A DNA stretch of 64,000 nucleotides, from NCBI GenBank assembly GCA_965228735.1, contig OZ245838.1:1728001-1792000 (forward strand). The letters run 5' to 3'. Positions 19,701 to 29,107 of the stretch are shown here, piece by piece. This DNA comes from Planctomycetota bacterium. GTDB lineage: Bacteria > Planctomycetota > UBA1135 > UBA2386. Each line of letters starts with the position of its first letter. Position 1 is the first letter of the stretch. The position numbers and the translations under genes were made by a program. A model generated the notes under the pieces. The model did no database searches. It was not told where the DNA came from and worked only from the letters and a program-made list of their open reading frames with translations.

Positions 19701-21467
19701 TCACTGCGGCGGCGTCTGGATCGGCTGTGTCGAGCCCGTCGACGAACCCGTGCGGGTGGGCTTGACGATCGGCGGGAGCACCCCGCCGGTCGGCCGGTAG
19801 CCGCCCGTCCTCTCGCGGCCGGCCTTCGGCGGTGACGAGCCGCCGTTCTTCGACAGCCAGACCGGACTCACGGGCCCGATGTTCGGATACAGCTCCTCGA
19901 GGTGGTCGTTCGCCATGTCGAGATACGTCTGGCTCGCGTTGGTCGTGGCGGAGAAGCCGGCCACCGTGAAGATGAGCCCGTCGCCGGGCTCGGTCGCGTC
20001 GCCGTTACCGAACACCACTTCGGCGTGCCAGAACGCATCCGCGCTGTGGGGCACGGTGCCGGTGTCGATGTAGATCGAATGCGCGGTCGGCGAGCCCGGG
20101 CCCGACCACGGCTCGATCTCGTAGATGCGGTTGATGGCGCTCTCCGTCGGGATCTCCTCGCCGGCAGCGGGCTCCACCCACACGTTGACCTGCACGTGCG
20201 TGTAGTTCGCGTTGCTGAGGTCGAACAGTGAGCTGTGCGCGAAGTGCAGGTGCAGGCCGGGGAACGACTGTAGGGAGTTCGCGAACACCGACCCCGAGTG
20301 CAGCAGCGGCGGCAGGTCCCCGACCGCCGACGCGTAGGTCCGGCCGTGGGACGTGCCGCGGACGATGACCAGCTTGTCGCCGTTGTCCATCGCGGCGACG
20401 ACGTCGTGATAGCCGTCACCGTCGACGTCGGCACCGGCGACCGGGCCGGTGCTGCCGCCCAGGAGCGGCAGCTGCGCGGCGAGCGCGACGTAGTACTGCT
20501 CGACATCGAGCACACCGGGGCTCGCGTCGGTGACGCGCACCTGGATCGACTGCAGCGTCGAGCTCTGGCCGACGAGCAGGTCGGGCTCTCCGTCCTGGTC
20601 GACGTCGGTCTCGACCATGCTGCTCAGCGTGAAGTCGCCGCCCGGCAGCACGATGTCGGGCGGCTGCGCGATCGGGTCGGCGCCGGCCACGACGGTGAGC
20701 TCCCACCGCGTGTCCTGGAGGTTGCGCCGCAGCCAGTAGATCTTCGAGCCGGCGCGGGTCAGGGTTCCGTCATCGTGCGGCCAGGGCAGGTTCGAGCGCC
20801 ACGTGCCGTCACGGTTGACGACGACGACCCCACTGTCGGTAAGCGCGAACGTCTCGAGCTGACCGTCGCCGTCCTCATCGCCCAGCGCGGTCGCGCGGAT
20901 CGTGCTGCCGACCCAGTGCGCCGAGACCGGCGCGATGCCGGTCGCGTCAACGCTTCCGCGCAGGAGGGTCTGACGATCCTGCGCGATCGCGGAGATCTCG
21001 TAGCCGCTCGCGGTCGAAGCCACGGTCAATTCGCTGATCGCCTGCCAGCCGACCATCGGGAACATCACGATGTGTTGGGTCTCGACGTCGTCCCAGTGGA
21101 TCCGGCCGATGGTATCGCTGCCCACGTGACCGAACAGGATCGCGTCGTGCGCCGGCGTCGTGGGGTTGCCGCCCGGAATGCGCGCGATGTCGGTGACCGC
21201 GACGGGGAAGGACAGCTCCTCGACGGCGTTGAAGGTACCGATGCCGTGGACGCGACCGAGCGCGCCGCCCCGCAGCACGATCGCGTCGCGCTGATGGCTC
21301 GGCAGGTGCGGCGGGAGCAGGAACTCGACCCGCTGGAAGTCGCCGCTCCCGATGGTGTAGTCCACCTCGGTGATCGACGGCTTGTGGGTCGGCAGTTGGC
21401 CCTGGGCGGCGAGGCCCGAGCAAAGCAAGAGGAGCACCGCTTGGGTGCGGAGGTGGCCGGAGTTCAT
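19701..21467 (-). CDS. Secreted FG-GAP/VCBS-repeat protein
   Basis: Signal peptide ending AQ; repeats GDEDGDGQLE, TDVDQDGEPDLLV, ADVDGDGYHDVV. Confidence 0.78.
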   Translation of the reverse strand: MNSGHLRTQAVLLLLCSGLAAQGQLPTHKPSITEVDYTIGSGDFQRVEFLLPPHLPSHQRDAIVLRGGALGRVHGIGTFNAVEELSFPVAVTDIARIPGGNPTTPAHDAILFGHVGSDTIGRIHWDDVETQHIVMFPMVGWQAISELTVASTASGYEISAIAQDRQTLLRGSVDATGIAPVSAHWVGSTIRATALGDEDGDGQLETFALTDSGVVVVNRDGTWRSNLPWPHDDGTLTRAGSKIYWLRRNLQDTRWELTVVAGADPIAQPPDIVLPGGDFTLSSMVETDVDQDGEPDLLVGQSSTLQSIQVRVTDASPGVLDVEQYYVALAAQLPLLGGSTGPVAGADVDGDGYHDVVAAMDNGDKLVIVRGTSHGRTYASAVGDLPPLLHSGSVFANSLQSFPGLHLHFAHSSLFDLSNANYTHVQVNVWVEPAAGEEIPTESAINRIYEIEPWSGPGSPTAHSIYIDTGTVPHSADAFWHAEVVFGNGDATEPGDGLIFTVAGFSATTNASQTYLDMANDHLEELYPNIGPVSPVWLSKNGGSSPPKAGRERTGGYRPTGGVLPPIVKPTRTGSSTGSTQPIQTPPQ

Positions 21468-21725
21468 GGTAGGCGTTGGGTAGTACCAGCGTAGCTACCC
21501 GGGCACGTCCGGACAGGGCGTCGCGGTTGCAGGAATCGACGGAATTGACCGGGGGGCGTCCCCCCAAGGGACGTCGGCTCGGCGCCAGGCGGTTGCACAA
21601 AGCGCCGATCCCATCGGGTCCGGGGATTTGCGACCGGCGCCCGGCCTGCGGACGGATAGCGGGTGCGGTCGCAACGGCGCCGCGCTTCCCGGACTTCCCA
21701 AACCCAAGATATCGCACTCACGACG

Positions 21726-22790
21726 ATGATCCAGCAGCTCCTCTTCGGCGCCCTGTCGCCGGTCCTGTTCGTCGCGGCCTCGGTCGCGCAGTCGTTCAAC
21801 ATCGACATCCACGAAACGCCGAGCACGCCGCCGCCGGCGTCCTATGGTGGCTACCCGGCGCAGCCCGGGACGTGGAACAACCTCTCTGCCTTCACCGGCG
21901 CGCCGATGCCGCTCGTCGACCTCGCTGGTCTGCCGACGACGAGTCGCGCGTGGTTCAGCACCCTCCCGTCGGCCTCGTCCGTGCAGCCGGGCATTCCCGC
22001 GCCGGACACCGAGCTCTACGAGGACTTCGCTGCGACGGACTTCGTCGCGCAGCTCTCGATCGACAACCTCGCCGCGGGGAACTACGTCGCGGTCGTCTAC
22101 TCCTACTATCCCAACGTCTCGACGGGGTTCACGGTGAACGCCGGCGGCACCGCGCAGTCGGCGAACGTGAGCTGCCCGCCGACGTTCCCCGGTCACCAGG
22201 TCGGCTCGACGTTGCGGTCGTTCCAGTTCTCCCTGACCGGGCCGGCGTCGACGATCACGATCGACTTCGCGTTCCTCAGCGGCGAGGGCGGCGTGTTCAA
22301 CGGCGTGCAGTTGGTCCAGTACATCGGCACGCCGGGCTGCCAGAACCAGCCGCTCAACAGCAAGGGCGCGGTGCCCGCGATCGCGGTCACCGGCAGCCCC
22401 GCCGCGAACGACATGGTGCTCCATGCGGGCCTGCTGCCGGGTCCGGGCCAGTTGCCAGACGGCGTCGGTGCGATCCTGTGCTTCGCATCCAACGTCGGCG
22501 GCACGGTGTTCCAGGAGGTCTGCCCTCGCGTCGGCTCCCGCTGCATCGGCAACCCGGTCGTGCGGGTCTTCGATCCGAACGCGCAACAGGGAACCGGCGG
22601 CGTCGGCGTCACGACGAGCTTCGGCACCTACGACCTGCCGATCGATCTGCCGTCACTCGCCGCGCTCGGACTGAACGTCTCGCCCGGAGCGACGCTGCAC
22701 TTCCAGATGATCTACCGTGACAACGACGTCCTCGGCGTGTGCGGTCAGTTCGTCGCCCGGTGGACCCAATCCGTCAGCGTGCAGCTCTGA
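21726..22790 (+). CDS. Secreted hypothetical protein
   Basis: Signal peptide ending AQ; strong codon bias; C-terminal LHFQMIYRD motif. Confidence 0.72.
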   Translation: MIQQLLFGALSPVLFVAASVAQSFNIDIHETPSTPPPASYGGYPAQPGTWNNLSAFTGAPMPLVDLAGLPTTSRAWFSTLPSASSVQPGIPAPDTELYEDFAATDFVAQLSIDNLAAGNYVAVVYSYYPNVSTGFTVNAGGTAQSANVSCPPTFPGHQVGSTLRSFQFSLTGPASTITIDFAFLSGEGGVFNGVQLVQYIGTPGCQNQPLNSKGAVPAIAVTGSPAANDMVLHAGLLPGPGQLPDGVGAILCFASNVGGTVFQEVCPRVGSRCIGNPVVRVFDPNAQQGTGGVGVTTSFGTYDLPIDLPSLAALGLNVSPGATLHFQMIYRDNDVLGVCGQFVARWTQSVSVQL

Positions 22791-22957
22791 GCCTGGTGGC
22801 TCGCCGCGGCGAGCCTCGTCAGCGCAGAACAGGCGCCTTGTCAGGCACGGGAGGAGAAGCTTCCGTGCCTGACGAGCGAACGAAGGCCGAACTCGCTCTG
22901 GTGCCTCAGGCCCGACTCTGAGCCTGGTCTGCAGGGACCTGCGACCTCGTCAGCGCA
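22785..22957. repeat. Two 42-bp REP-like hairpin units flanking a third hairpin
   Basis: CTCTGAGCCTGGT-N16-CCTCGTCAGCGCA at 22785-22826 and 22916-22957; central hairpin at 22840-22873. Confidence 0.6.
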
Positions 22958-22998
22958 TCGAGCCACTTCGTGGCAGACCCCAAAGCCCGACGCTCCCC

Positions 22999-23388
22999 TC
23001 ACCGCAGATCGACCCGCCGCAAGATCGCGCGCCGCAGCTTGACGTTCTCGTAGCCCTTCTCGCGCAGCGTGCGACCCGGCGACCGACCATCCTGCTTGGC
23101 GCGGCGCAGCTCGGTCTCGAGCTCGGGGTGTTCGTCGAGCGCCCGACGCGCTTCCCGGCCGATCGCCAGCTGGCGGACCAGAGCGCGCATGCCCAACCCG
23201 AGCACGGCGAGGCCGAACGCCGTCATCACGCTCGGATAGATCGTGCGCACGCTGCTGTCCGCCTGCTCCTGCAACCAGAACAGTCCGCCGGCCAGGAAGA
23301 CGGTGCCCAACAGGATCAGGCCGGGCGGCGATGAGACCGGCAGGTCGTTCGCGAAGGAATCCGAGTCCTGGTTTCGCCGTGCTCTCAT
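22999..23388 (-). CDS. Small membrane protein (2 TM)
   Basis: Two hydrophobic segments; ATGA overlap with the yghU stop. Confidence 0.6.
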   Translation of the reverse strand: MRARRNQDSDSFANDLPVSSPPGLILLGTVFLAGGLFWLQEQADSSVRTIYPSVMTAFGLAVLGLGMRALVRQLAIGREARRALDEHPELETELRRAKQDGRSPGRTLREKGYENVKLRRAILRRVDLR

Positions 23389-24242
23389 TGCAGCTTGTCC
23401 TGAGTCATCGTGTCGAAGTCGCTGCTGTCGTGGCGTTCGTGGAGCTGGTCCGACAACGGCCCCCACGTCCGGTTGACCTTCTGACCCCGCACGACGGCGT
23501 CACGTTGCGCGATCGAGTCGGCCCAACGCACGACGTGGGAGTAGGACGCCGCGTCGAGGAACTCGGCGGCTTCGTACACCCGGTTCTGCACGAGCGCGCC
23601 GTACCACGGATAGATCATGATGTCGGCGATCGTGTAGGTGTCGCCGACCATGTACTCGTTGTCGGCGAGGTGCCGGTCGAGCACGTCCAGCTGGCGCTTG
23701 GTCTCCATCGTGAAGCGGTCGATGCAGTACTTCAGCTTGACCGGCGCGTAGCTGTAGAAGTGTCCGAACCCGCCGCCGACCATCGGCGCGCTGCCCATCT
23801 GCCAGAAGACCCAGTTCAGGCACCGGGTCCGGTCCGCCTGCGACGAGGGGATCAACGCTCCGAACTTCTCGGCCAGGTAGAGCACGATCGACCCGGACTC
23901 GAAGACCTTCGTCGGCGGGCTCGTGCTGCGGTCGACGAGCGCCGGGATCTTGGAGTTGGGGTTCACGTCGACGAAGCCGCTCGTGAATTGATCGCCGTCC
24001 ATGATCCGGATCAGGTGGGCGTCGTACTCCGCGCCCGCGTGCCCGAGCGCCAGGAGCTCCTCGAGCATGATGGTCACCTTGACGCCGTTCGGCGTCGCGA
24101 GGGAGTAGAGCTGCAGCCGGTGCGCGCCGACCGGCAGCTCGCGGTCCTCGGTCGGGCCGGCGACGGGGCGATTGAGCGGGAACGCGGCGTTCTCGTCTCT
24201 CTCCCAGCGCCAGACCTTCGGTGGGGTGTAGTCGTCAGTCAT
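23385..24242 (-). CDS. yghU: Glutathione-dependent disulfide-bond oxidoreductase (GST, YghU type)
   Basis: YTPPKVW, NRPVAG, LYSLATPNGVKV, NPNSKIPAL, FESGSI, ERHD..DF. Confidence 0.93.
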   Translation of the reverse strand: MTDDYTPPKVWRWERDENAAFPLNRPVAGPTEDRELPVGAHRLQLYSLATPNGVKVTIMLEELLALGHAGAEYDAHLIRIMDGDQFTSGFVDVNPNSKIPALVDRSTSPPTKVFESGSIVLYLAEKFGALIPSSQADRTRCLNWVFWQMGSAPMVGGGFGHFYSYAPVKLKYCIDRFTMETKRQLDVLDRHLADNEYMVGDTYTIADIMIYPWYGALVQNRVYEAAEFLDAASYSHVVRWADSIAQRDAVVRGQKVNRTWGPLSDQLHERHDSSDFDTMTQDKLQ

Positions 24243-24386
24243 GGGTATCGTGTTTCGAACCGGTGGCAAGGCGGACCAGGATGTGGTGTCGGCCCGGCGC
24301 CGCATCGCTACTCTAACGGCCGCCCCCGCCGAACCGACCCGGTGACCGAAGCGCTCGCGGATCGGTCCGGGGAACAGGCCGAGACC

Positions 24387-25343
24387 ATGCCGATCATCGA
24401 ACGCGACCCGTGGCGTGACCAGTATTTCGAGAACGTCGCCTGCCCGGACGACGTGATCATCCCGACCGACGACGAGCACGCCTACGAGCTCTACCCCGAG
24501 CATCGCTGGATCTACAACAAGCTCGCGGTGTGCGACTCACAGGGGCTCGCCGGCGCGCCGCACGGCGTGCCGCCCGCGGCGTTCCCGGTCTTCAGCAAGC
24601 CGATCTACAACATGCACGGCATGGGCGTCGGCGGTCGGCTCATCGAATCCGCGGACGAGCTGGCGGCCAACATGCAGGCCGGCCACATGTGGATGACGGC
24701 GGCCGAGGGCGAGCACGTGAGCAGCGACGCGGTCGTCATCGGCGGGCAACCGCAGTGGTGGCGGCACTGCATCGGCAAGCAGCTCGACGAGGGCATGTTC
24801 GACTACTGGACGATGCTCGCCGAAGAGCGGCCGGAGCTCGAGCGCTACTGCGGCGACTGGCTGCGCAAGAACCTCAAGGGCTACAGCGGCGCCGTCAACA
24901 TCGAGACCATCGGCGGGCGGATCATCGAAGCCCACCTGCGGTTCGCCGACCAATGGCCGGACCTCTACGGCGCTGGCTGGCTCGACGCGATCGTGGAGCT
25001 GTATTCGCGGCATCGCTGGCGGTTTCCGGACGACGACCGACGCGATGGCTACAGCGTCGTGCTGTTCGGCGCGCACGGCGCCCCCTACCGCCATCCGCCG
25101 CCGGCCCTCGTCGACGAGATCCGGGCGCGCGAGGGCGTCACGAGCGTGCAGATCACGTTCCACGAGGACGTCCCGCAGGAACAGCACGCGATGCCGCCCG
25201 GCGGCTTCCGCCTCGCGATCGTGAACTGCACGCAGCTCGACGTCGGCCTCAAGGCCCGCGAGGACCTCGCGCTGACGTTCTGGTCCACCCAGAAGCTCGG
25301 CAAGCGTCGGCGCCGCGCCGGACCGCCGGCGCCCGGCCGATGA
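24387..25343 (+). CDS. Uncharacterised ATP-grasp-like protein
   Basis: FPVFSKPIYN..GMGVG, GEHVSSD, NIETIGGRIIEAHLR resemble ATP-grasp motifs. Confidence 0.6.
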   Translation: MPIIERDPWRDQYFENVACPDDVIIPTDDEHAYELYPEHRWIYNKLAVCDSQGLAGAPHGVPPAAFPVFSKPIYNMHGMGVGGRLIESADELAANMQAGHMWMTAAEGEHVSSDAVVIGGQPQWWRHCIGKQLDEGMFDYWTMLAEERPELERYCGDWLRKNLKGYSGAVNIETIGGRIIEAHLRFADQWPDLYGAGWLDAIVELYSRHRWRFPDDDRRDGYSVVLFGAHGAPYRHPPPALVDEIRAREGVTSVQITFHEDVPQEQHAMPPGGFRLAIVNCTQLDVGLKAREDLALTFWSTQKLGKRRRRAGPPAPGR

Positions 25344-27394
25344 ACGACACACCGACGAATGACTCGGCGTCCGCGGCTGCGACGGCCGTCCGCGAGATCG
25401 AGAACGTCTTCATCGAGCTCGAGGACGGCACCCGGCTGGCCGCGCGGATCTGGCTGCCGGCGAACGCCGATCAACGCCCCGTGCCGGCGATCCTCGAATA
25501 CATCCCCTATCGCAAGCGCGACTTCATGCGGCTGCGGGACGAGCCGATGCACCGCTACTACGCCGCCCACGGCTACGCGGCGGTGCGCGTCGACCTGCGC
25601 GGTTCGGGGGACTCCGATGGCGTCCTCGCCGACGAGTATCTGCCCCAGGAGCAACTCGACGCCATCGCGGTGATCGAATGGCTGACGGCGCAGCCGTGGT
25701 GCGATGGCAACGTCGGAATGACGGGGATCTCGTGGGGCGGCTTCAACGCCCTGCAGGTCGCGGCGCGCCGGCCGCCGGCGTTGCAGGCGATCATCACGCT
25801 GTGCGCCAGTGACGACCGCTACGCGGACGACGCTCACTTCATGGGCGGCTGCCTGCTCAACGAGAACCAGATCTGGGGCACGGTCCTGTTCGCGCTCAAC
25901 GCACTGCCGCCCGATCCGACCGTCGTCGGCGAGCGCTGGCAGCAGCTCTGGCGCGAGCGGCTGCAGGCGAACGTGCCGTTCCCGGCGCACTGGCTGCGCC
26001 ATCAGCGTCGCGACGCGTACTGGCGACAGGGCTCCGTCTGCGAGGACTTCGACGCGATCCGATGCCCGGTGTACGCGATCGGCGGCTGGGCCGACGGGTA
26101 CTCGAACGCCATCCCGCGACTGCTCGCCGGACTCGCGGGTGAACGCAAGGGCCTGATCGGGCCGTGGGCGCACGCGTTTCCGCACAACGGGGTGCCCGGC
26201 CCCGCGATCGGCTACCTCCAGGAGGCCGTTCGCTGGTGGGACCACTGGCTCAAGGGAGTCGACACCGGGATCATGCGCGAGCCGGTGCTCCGCGCGTGGC
26301 TGCAGGACTACGACGTGCCGGAGCCGTTCCACCGCGAGCGCAGCGGCCGCTGGGTCGCCGAGTCCGCGTGGCCGAGCCCGCGGATCACGCCCCGGCGGTG
26401 GCACTTCACGGGCACCAACGCGCTGCACGCGGAAGCCGCGGATCCGGCCCAGCTGCCGATCTGCTCGCCGCAGGCGACCGGCCTCATGGGCGGCAGCTGG
26501 TGCGGCTTCGGCAGCGAGGGCGAAGCCGCGCTGGATCAGCGCAGCGATGACGGGCGCTCGCTGTGCTTCGATACCGCCCCGCTCGAGAACGACATCGAGA
26601 TCCTCGGCGCGCCGGTCGTCACGTTGCGTCTGACCAGCGACCGCCCCCTCGCGCTGGTCGCGGTCCGACTCAACGAGGTCGCCGCGGACGGCACGTCATC
26701 GCGCGTGTCCTACGGCCTGTTGAACCTCACCCACCGAAACGGGCACGAGCAGCCCGAGCGCCTGACGCCCGGCGAACCCGTCGTCGTGCGGGTCGAGTTG
26801 AACGACGTCGCGCACCGCTTCGCGGCCGGCCACGTCATCCGGGTCGCCGTCTCGACGACCTACTGGCCCATCGCCTGGCCATCGCCCGCGCCGGTCACGC
26901 TCGTGGTCGACACGGCGGGCTCGACGCTCGACCTGCCGATCCGGGAGCCGGATCCCGCGGACGCGACCCTGCCGCCGTTCGCCGCGGCCGAGTCCGCCGA
27001 TTCGAGCTCGACCCTGACCGCCCTGGTCCCGGCGGGTCTGAAGCGCTCGATCGAGCGCGACCTGCTCACGAACGAGGTCGTCTACAAGCTGATCAGCCAC
27101 GGCGGCGACCTCGATGCCGCGCTCGTGCGCATCGAGGACATCGACCTCGAGCTGAAGCACCACGTCGAACGCTACTTCCGCATCGACGAACAGGACCCGC
27201 TCAGCGCCCGCACCGAGATCGTCGAGGTGCTGCTGATGCGTCGCGAAGGCTGGGAGGTCCGCGTGCACGCCCGAACGGAGCTGCGCGCGACCGAGACGCA
27301 GTTCGTGGTCACCGCGTCGCTCCTGGCCGAACTCAACCGCGAACAGGTCTTTCAGCGGGACTGGCAGGAGCACATCGACCGCGACTTCGTGTGA
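25340..27394 (+). CDS. CocE/NonD family serine hydrolase (peptidase S15-like)
   Basis: EYIPYRK, DLRGSGDSDG, nucleophile GISWGG, IGPWAH, C-terminal PepX_C-like domain. Confidence 0.92.
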   Translation: MNDTPTNDSASAAATAVREIENVFIELEDGTRLAARIWLPANADQRPVPAILEYIPYRKRDFMRLRDEPMHRYYAAHGYAAVRVDLRGSGDSDGVLADEYLPQEQLDAIAVIEWLTAQPWCDGNVGMTGISWGGFNALQVAARRPPALQAIITLCASDDRYADDAHFMGGCLLNENQIWGTVLFALNALPPDPTVVGERWQQLWRERLQANVPFPAHWLRHQRRDAYWRQGSVCEDFDAIRCPVYAIGGWADGYSNAIPRLLAGLAGERKGLIGPWAHAFPHNGVPGPAIGYLQEAVRWWDHWLKGVDTGIMREPVLRAWLQDYDVPEPFHRERSGRWVAESAWPSPRITPRRWHFTGTNALHAEAADPAQLPICSPQATGLMGGSWCGFGSEGEAALDQRSDDGRSLCFDTAPLENDIEILGAPVVTLRLTSDRPLALVAVRLNEVAADGTSSRVSYGLLNLTHRNGHEQPERLTPGEPVVVRVELNDVAHRFAAGHVIRVAVSTTYWPIAWPSPAPVTLVVDTAGSTLDLPIREPDPADATLPPFAAAESADSSSTLTALVPAGLKRSIERDLLTNEVVYKLISHGGDLDAALVRIEDIDLELKHHVERYFRIDEQDPLSARTEIVEVLLMRREGWEVRVHARTELRATETQFVVTASLLAELNREQVFQRDWQEHIDRDFV

Positions 27395-27411
27395 CGACCG
27401 CGCGGCGTCGT

Positions 27412-28449
27412 TCACGGCGCCGGGAACGGCAGCCCGGTGCGCTGGCCCGCCGCGTGCAGGATCGCGCCGATCAGCCAACTCTGGTCCTTGCCGACGAGCC
27501 CCGCCATGTGCGCGAGCTTGCCGTCCCAGCACCACGCGGGGTTGGGATTGATCTCCATGAGCTTGATGTTGCCGGCCGCATCCGTGCGGAAGTCGAACCG
27601 GGCGTAGTCGCGCAGTCCGAGCCGCTGGAACAAGGCCTCGCACCGAACGCGCAGCAGGTCCCGGACGTCCGCCGACAGATCCGCCTCGCGGAACCGGACG
27701 TCGCGCCAGTACGGCGACTCCGGGTCCGTCTTGGACGCGTAATCGAGCAACCGCGGCAGCGCCGGGTCGAGCGCCGAGTAGTCGACCTCGAGCGCGGGCA
27801 GCATCGCGAAGCCGTGCCCGGGATTGCCGATCAGGCCGACGCCGTACTCGGTGCCCGACAGGAACTCCTGGACGAGCACCGTCACTTCCGGCAACTGCGC
27901 GCGCAACCGCTCGACCGTCGCGCGCGCCTCGACCTCGTCGTGGACGAGGCTCTGGCCGGTGATCCCGACGCTGCCGTCGCCGCGGTTCGGCTTGATGAAC
28001 GCCGGATAGCCGACCGATCGAATCGGCTCACCGGGTGCGAGGACGATCTCGCTCGGTACCGGCACGCCGAGCGACTCGGCGACCCCGCGCACGAACGCCT
28101 TGTCGTAGCACAGGCCGAGCGGCACCGGGCCGCTGCCACTGAACGGGATGCCCAGCAACTCGAGCAATGCGGGCAAATGCAGCTCGAGCGTCGCGTCGTT
28201 CCGAAACCCGGTATCGCAGAAGTTGAGCACGAACCCCGGCGGATCGCTCTGCAGCTGCGCGAGCAGACGATCATGATCGTCACGGAACTCGAACGCGTAG
28301 CCCGGCAAGGCCGCGAGCGCGCCGCGGAGTCGTTCGACCTGCTGCAGGTCGTCCGCGGTGAACCGGCCACCGGGCTTGCTCTGATCGGGCAGTCGCGGAT
28401 CGCCGAGCAGGACCGTGATCAACGGGTTCTTCGTCGCGGCTTCGTCCAT
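27412..28449 (-). CDS. D-Ala-D-Ala ligase-like ATP-grasp protein
   Basis: GIPFSGSG, DKAFV, FIKP..GDGSVGI, QEFLSGTE, RFDFR, MEINPNP. Confidence 0.85.
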   Translation of the reverse strand: MDEAATKNPLITVLLGDPRLPDQSKPGGRFTADDLQQVERLRGALAALPGYAFEFRDDHDRLLAQLQSDPPGFVLNFCDTGFRNDATLELHLPALLELLGIPFSGSGPVPLGLCYDKAFVRGVAESLGVPVPSEIVLAPGEPIRSVGYPAFIKPNRGDGSVGITGQSLVHDEVEARATVERLRAQLPEVTVLVQEFLSGTEYGVGLIGNPGHGFAMLPALEVDYSALDPALPRLLDYASKTDPESPYWRDVRFREADLSADVRDLLRVRCEALFQRLGLRDYARFDFRTDAAGNIKLMEINPNPAWCWDGKLAHMAGLVGKDQSWLIGAILHAAGQRTGLPFPAP

Positions 28450-28543
28450 CGGCAGGTGGGCTCCACTATGCCGGGCGGCGCGCGCGCGACAAGTCAGCGG
28501 ACGACGTCGTCCACTGCGCACCCAAGACGCGGGCGCCCCCCAC

Positions 28544-28948
28544 CTACCCGAGGGCTTCCTGCACCGCGGCTTCGTCGATCGAACCGCGCTGCACGAGGAA
28601 CGTCAGGAAGTCGACCGCGTTGCGCGCCTCGACGATCTTGTCGTCGCGCACCGTCGCCGAGTAGCCGAAGGTGAAGTCGATCGGGCGGCCGTTCGAGGCG
28701 CCGGTGACCCGCGCGATCCCGATCGTGCGCTCGCCCTCCTCCATGCTCTCGATCACCTCGACGCGCATGTCGTCGATCAGCCCGAGCATCTTCTGCTGGA
28801 ACGCGATGAAGTCGTCGACGGAGAACGGGCTCGTCTGACTCATCCCGTGGATCGGGCACGGGTCCGCGAGATGGCTACGGATGAACTCCGTGTCCCGCTG
28901 ATTCCAGACCTGCTCGATCCACTGCTCCATCATCGTCCTGGGTCCCAT
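28544..28948 (-). CDS. SnoaL/NTF2-like (ester cyclase) protein
   Basis: WIEQVWN..., TVRDDKIVE; 134 aa. Confidence 0.75.
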   Translation of the reverse strand: MGPRTMMEQWIEQVWNQRDTEFIRSHLADPCPIHGMSQTSPFSVDDFIAFQQKMLGLIDDMRVEVIESMEEGERTIGIARVTGASNGRPIDFTFGYSATVRDDKIVEARNAVDFLTFLVQRGSIDEAAVQEALG

Positions 28949-29107
28949 GCCGCGATGGTAACAGGCCGCGCGCAGGAAGCCGCGCCCCGGTGTTCGACGC
29001 TGCCAACGTCGCCCCGAAGCTCACGCCGTTCGACTCCGCCCTCGGCATCCCTCGGTCTGCCGACAACGGCCCATACCCGACCCTGGGCATCGAGCCTATG
29101 GACGGGC

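Noticed and set aside
22785..22957. CRISPR array
   Set aside because: Only two units, the variable part lies inside the repeat, and there are no cas genes in the window.
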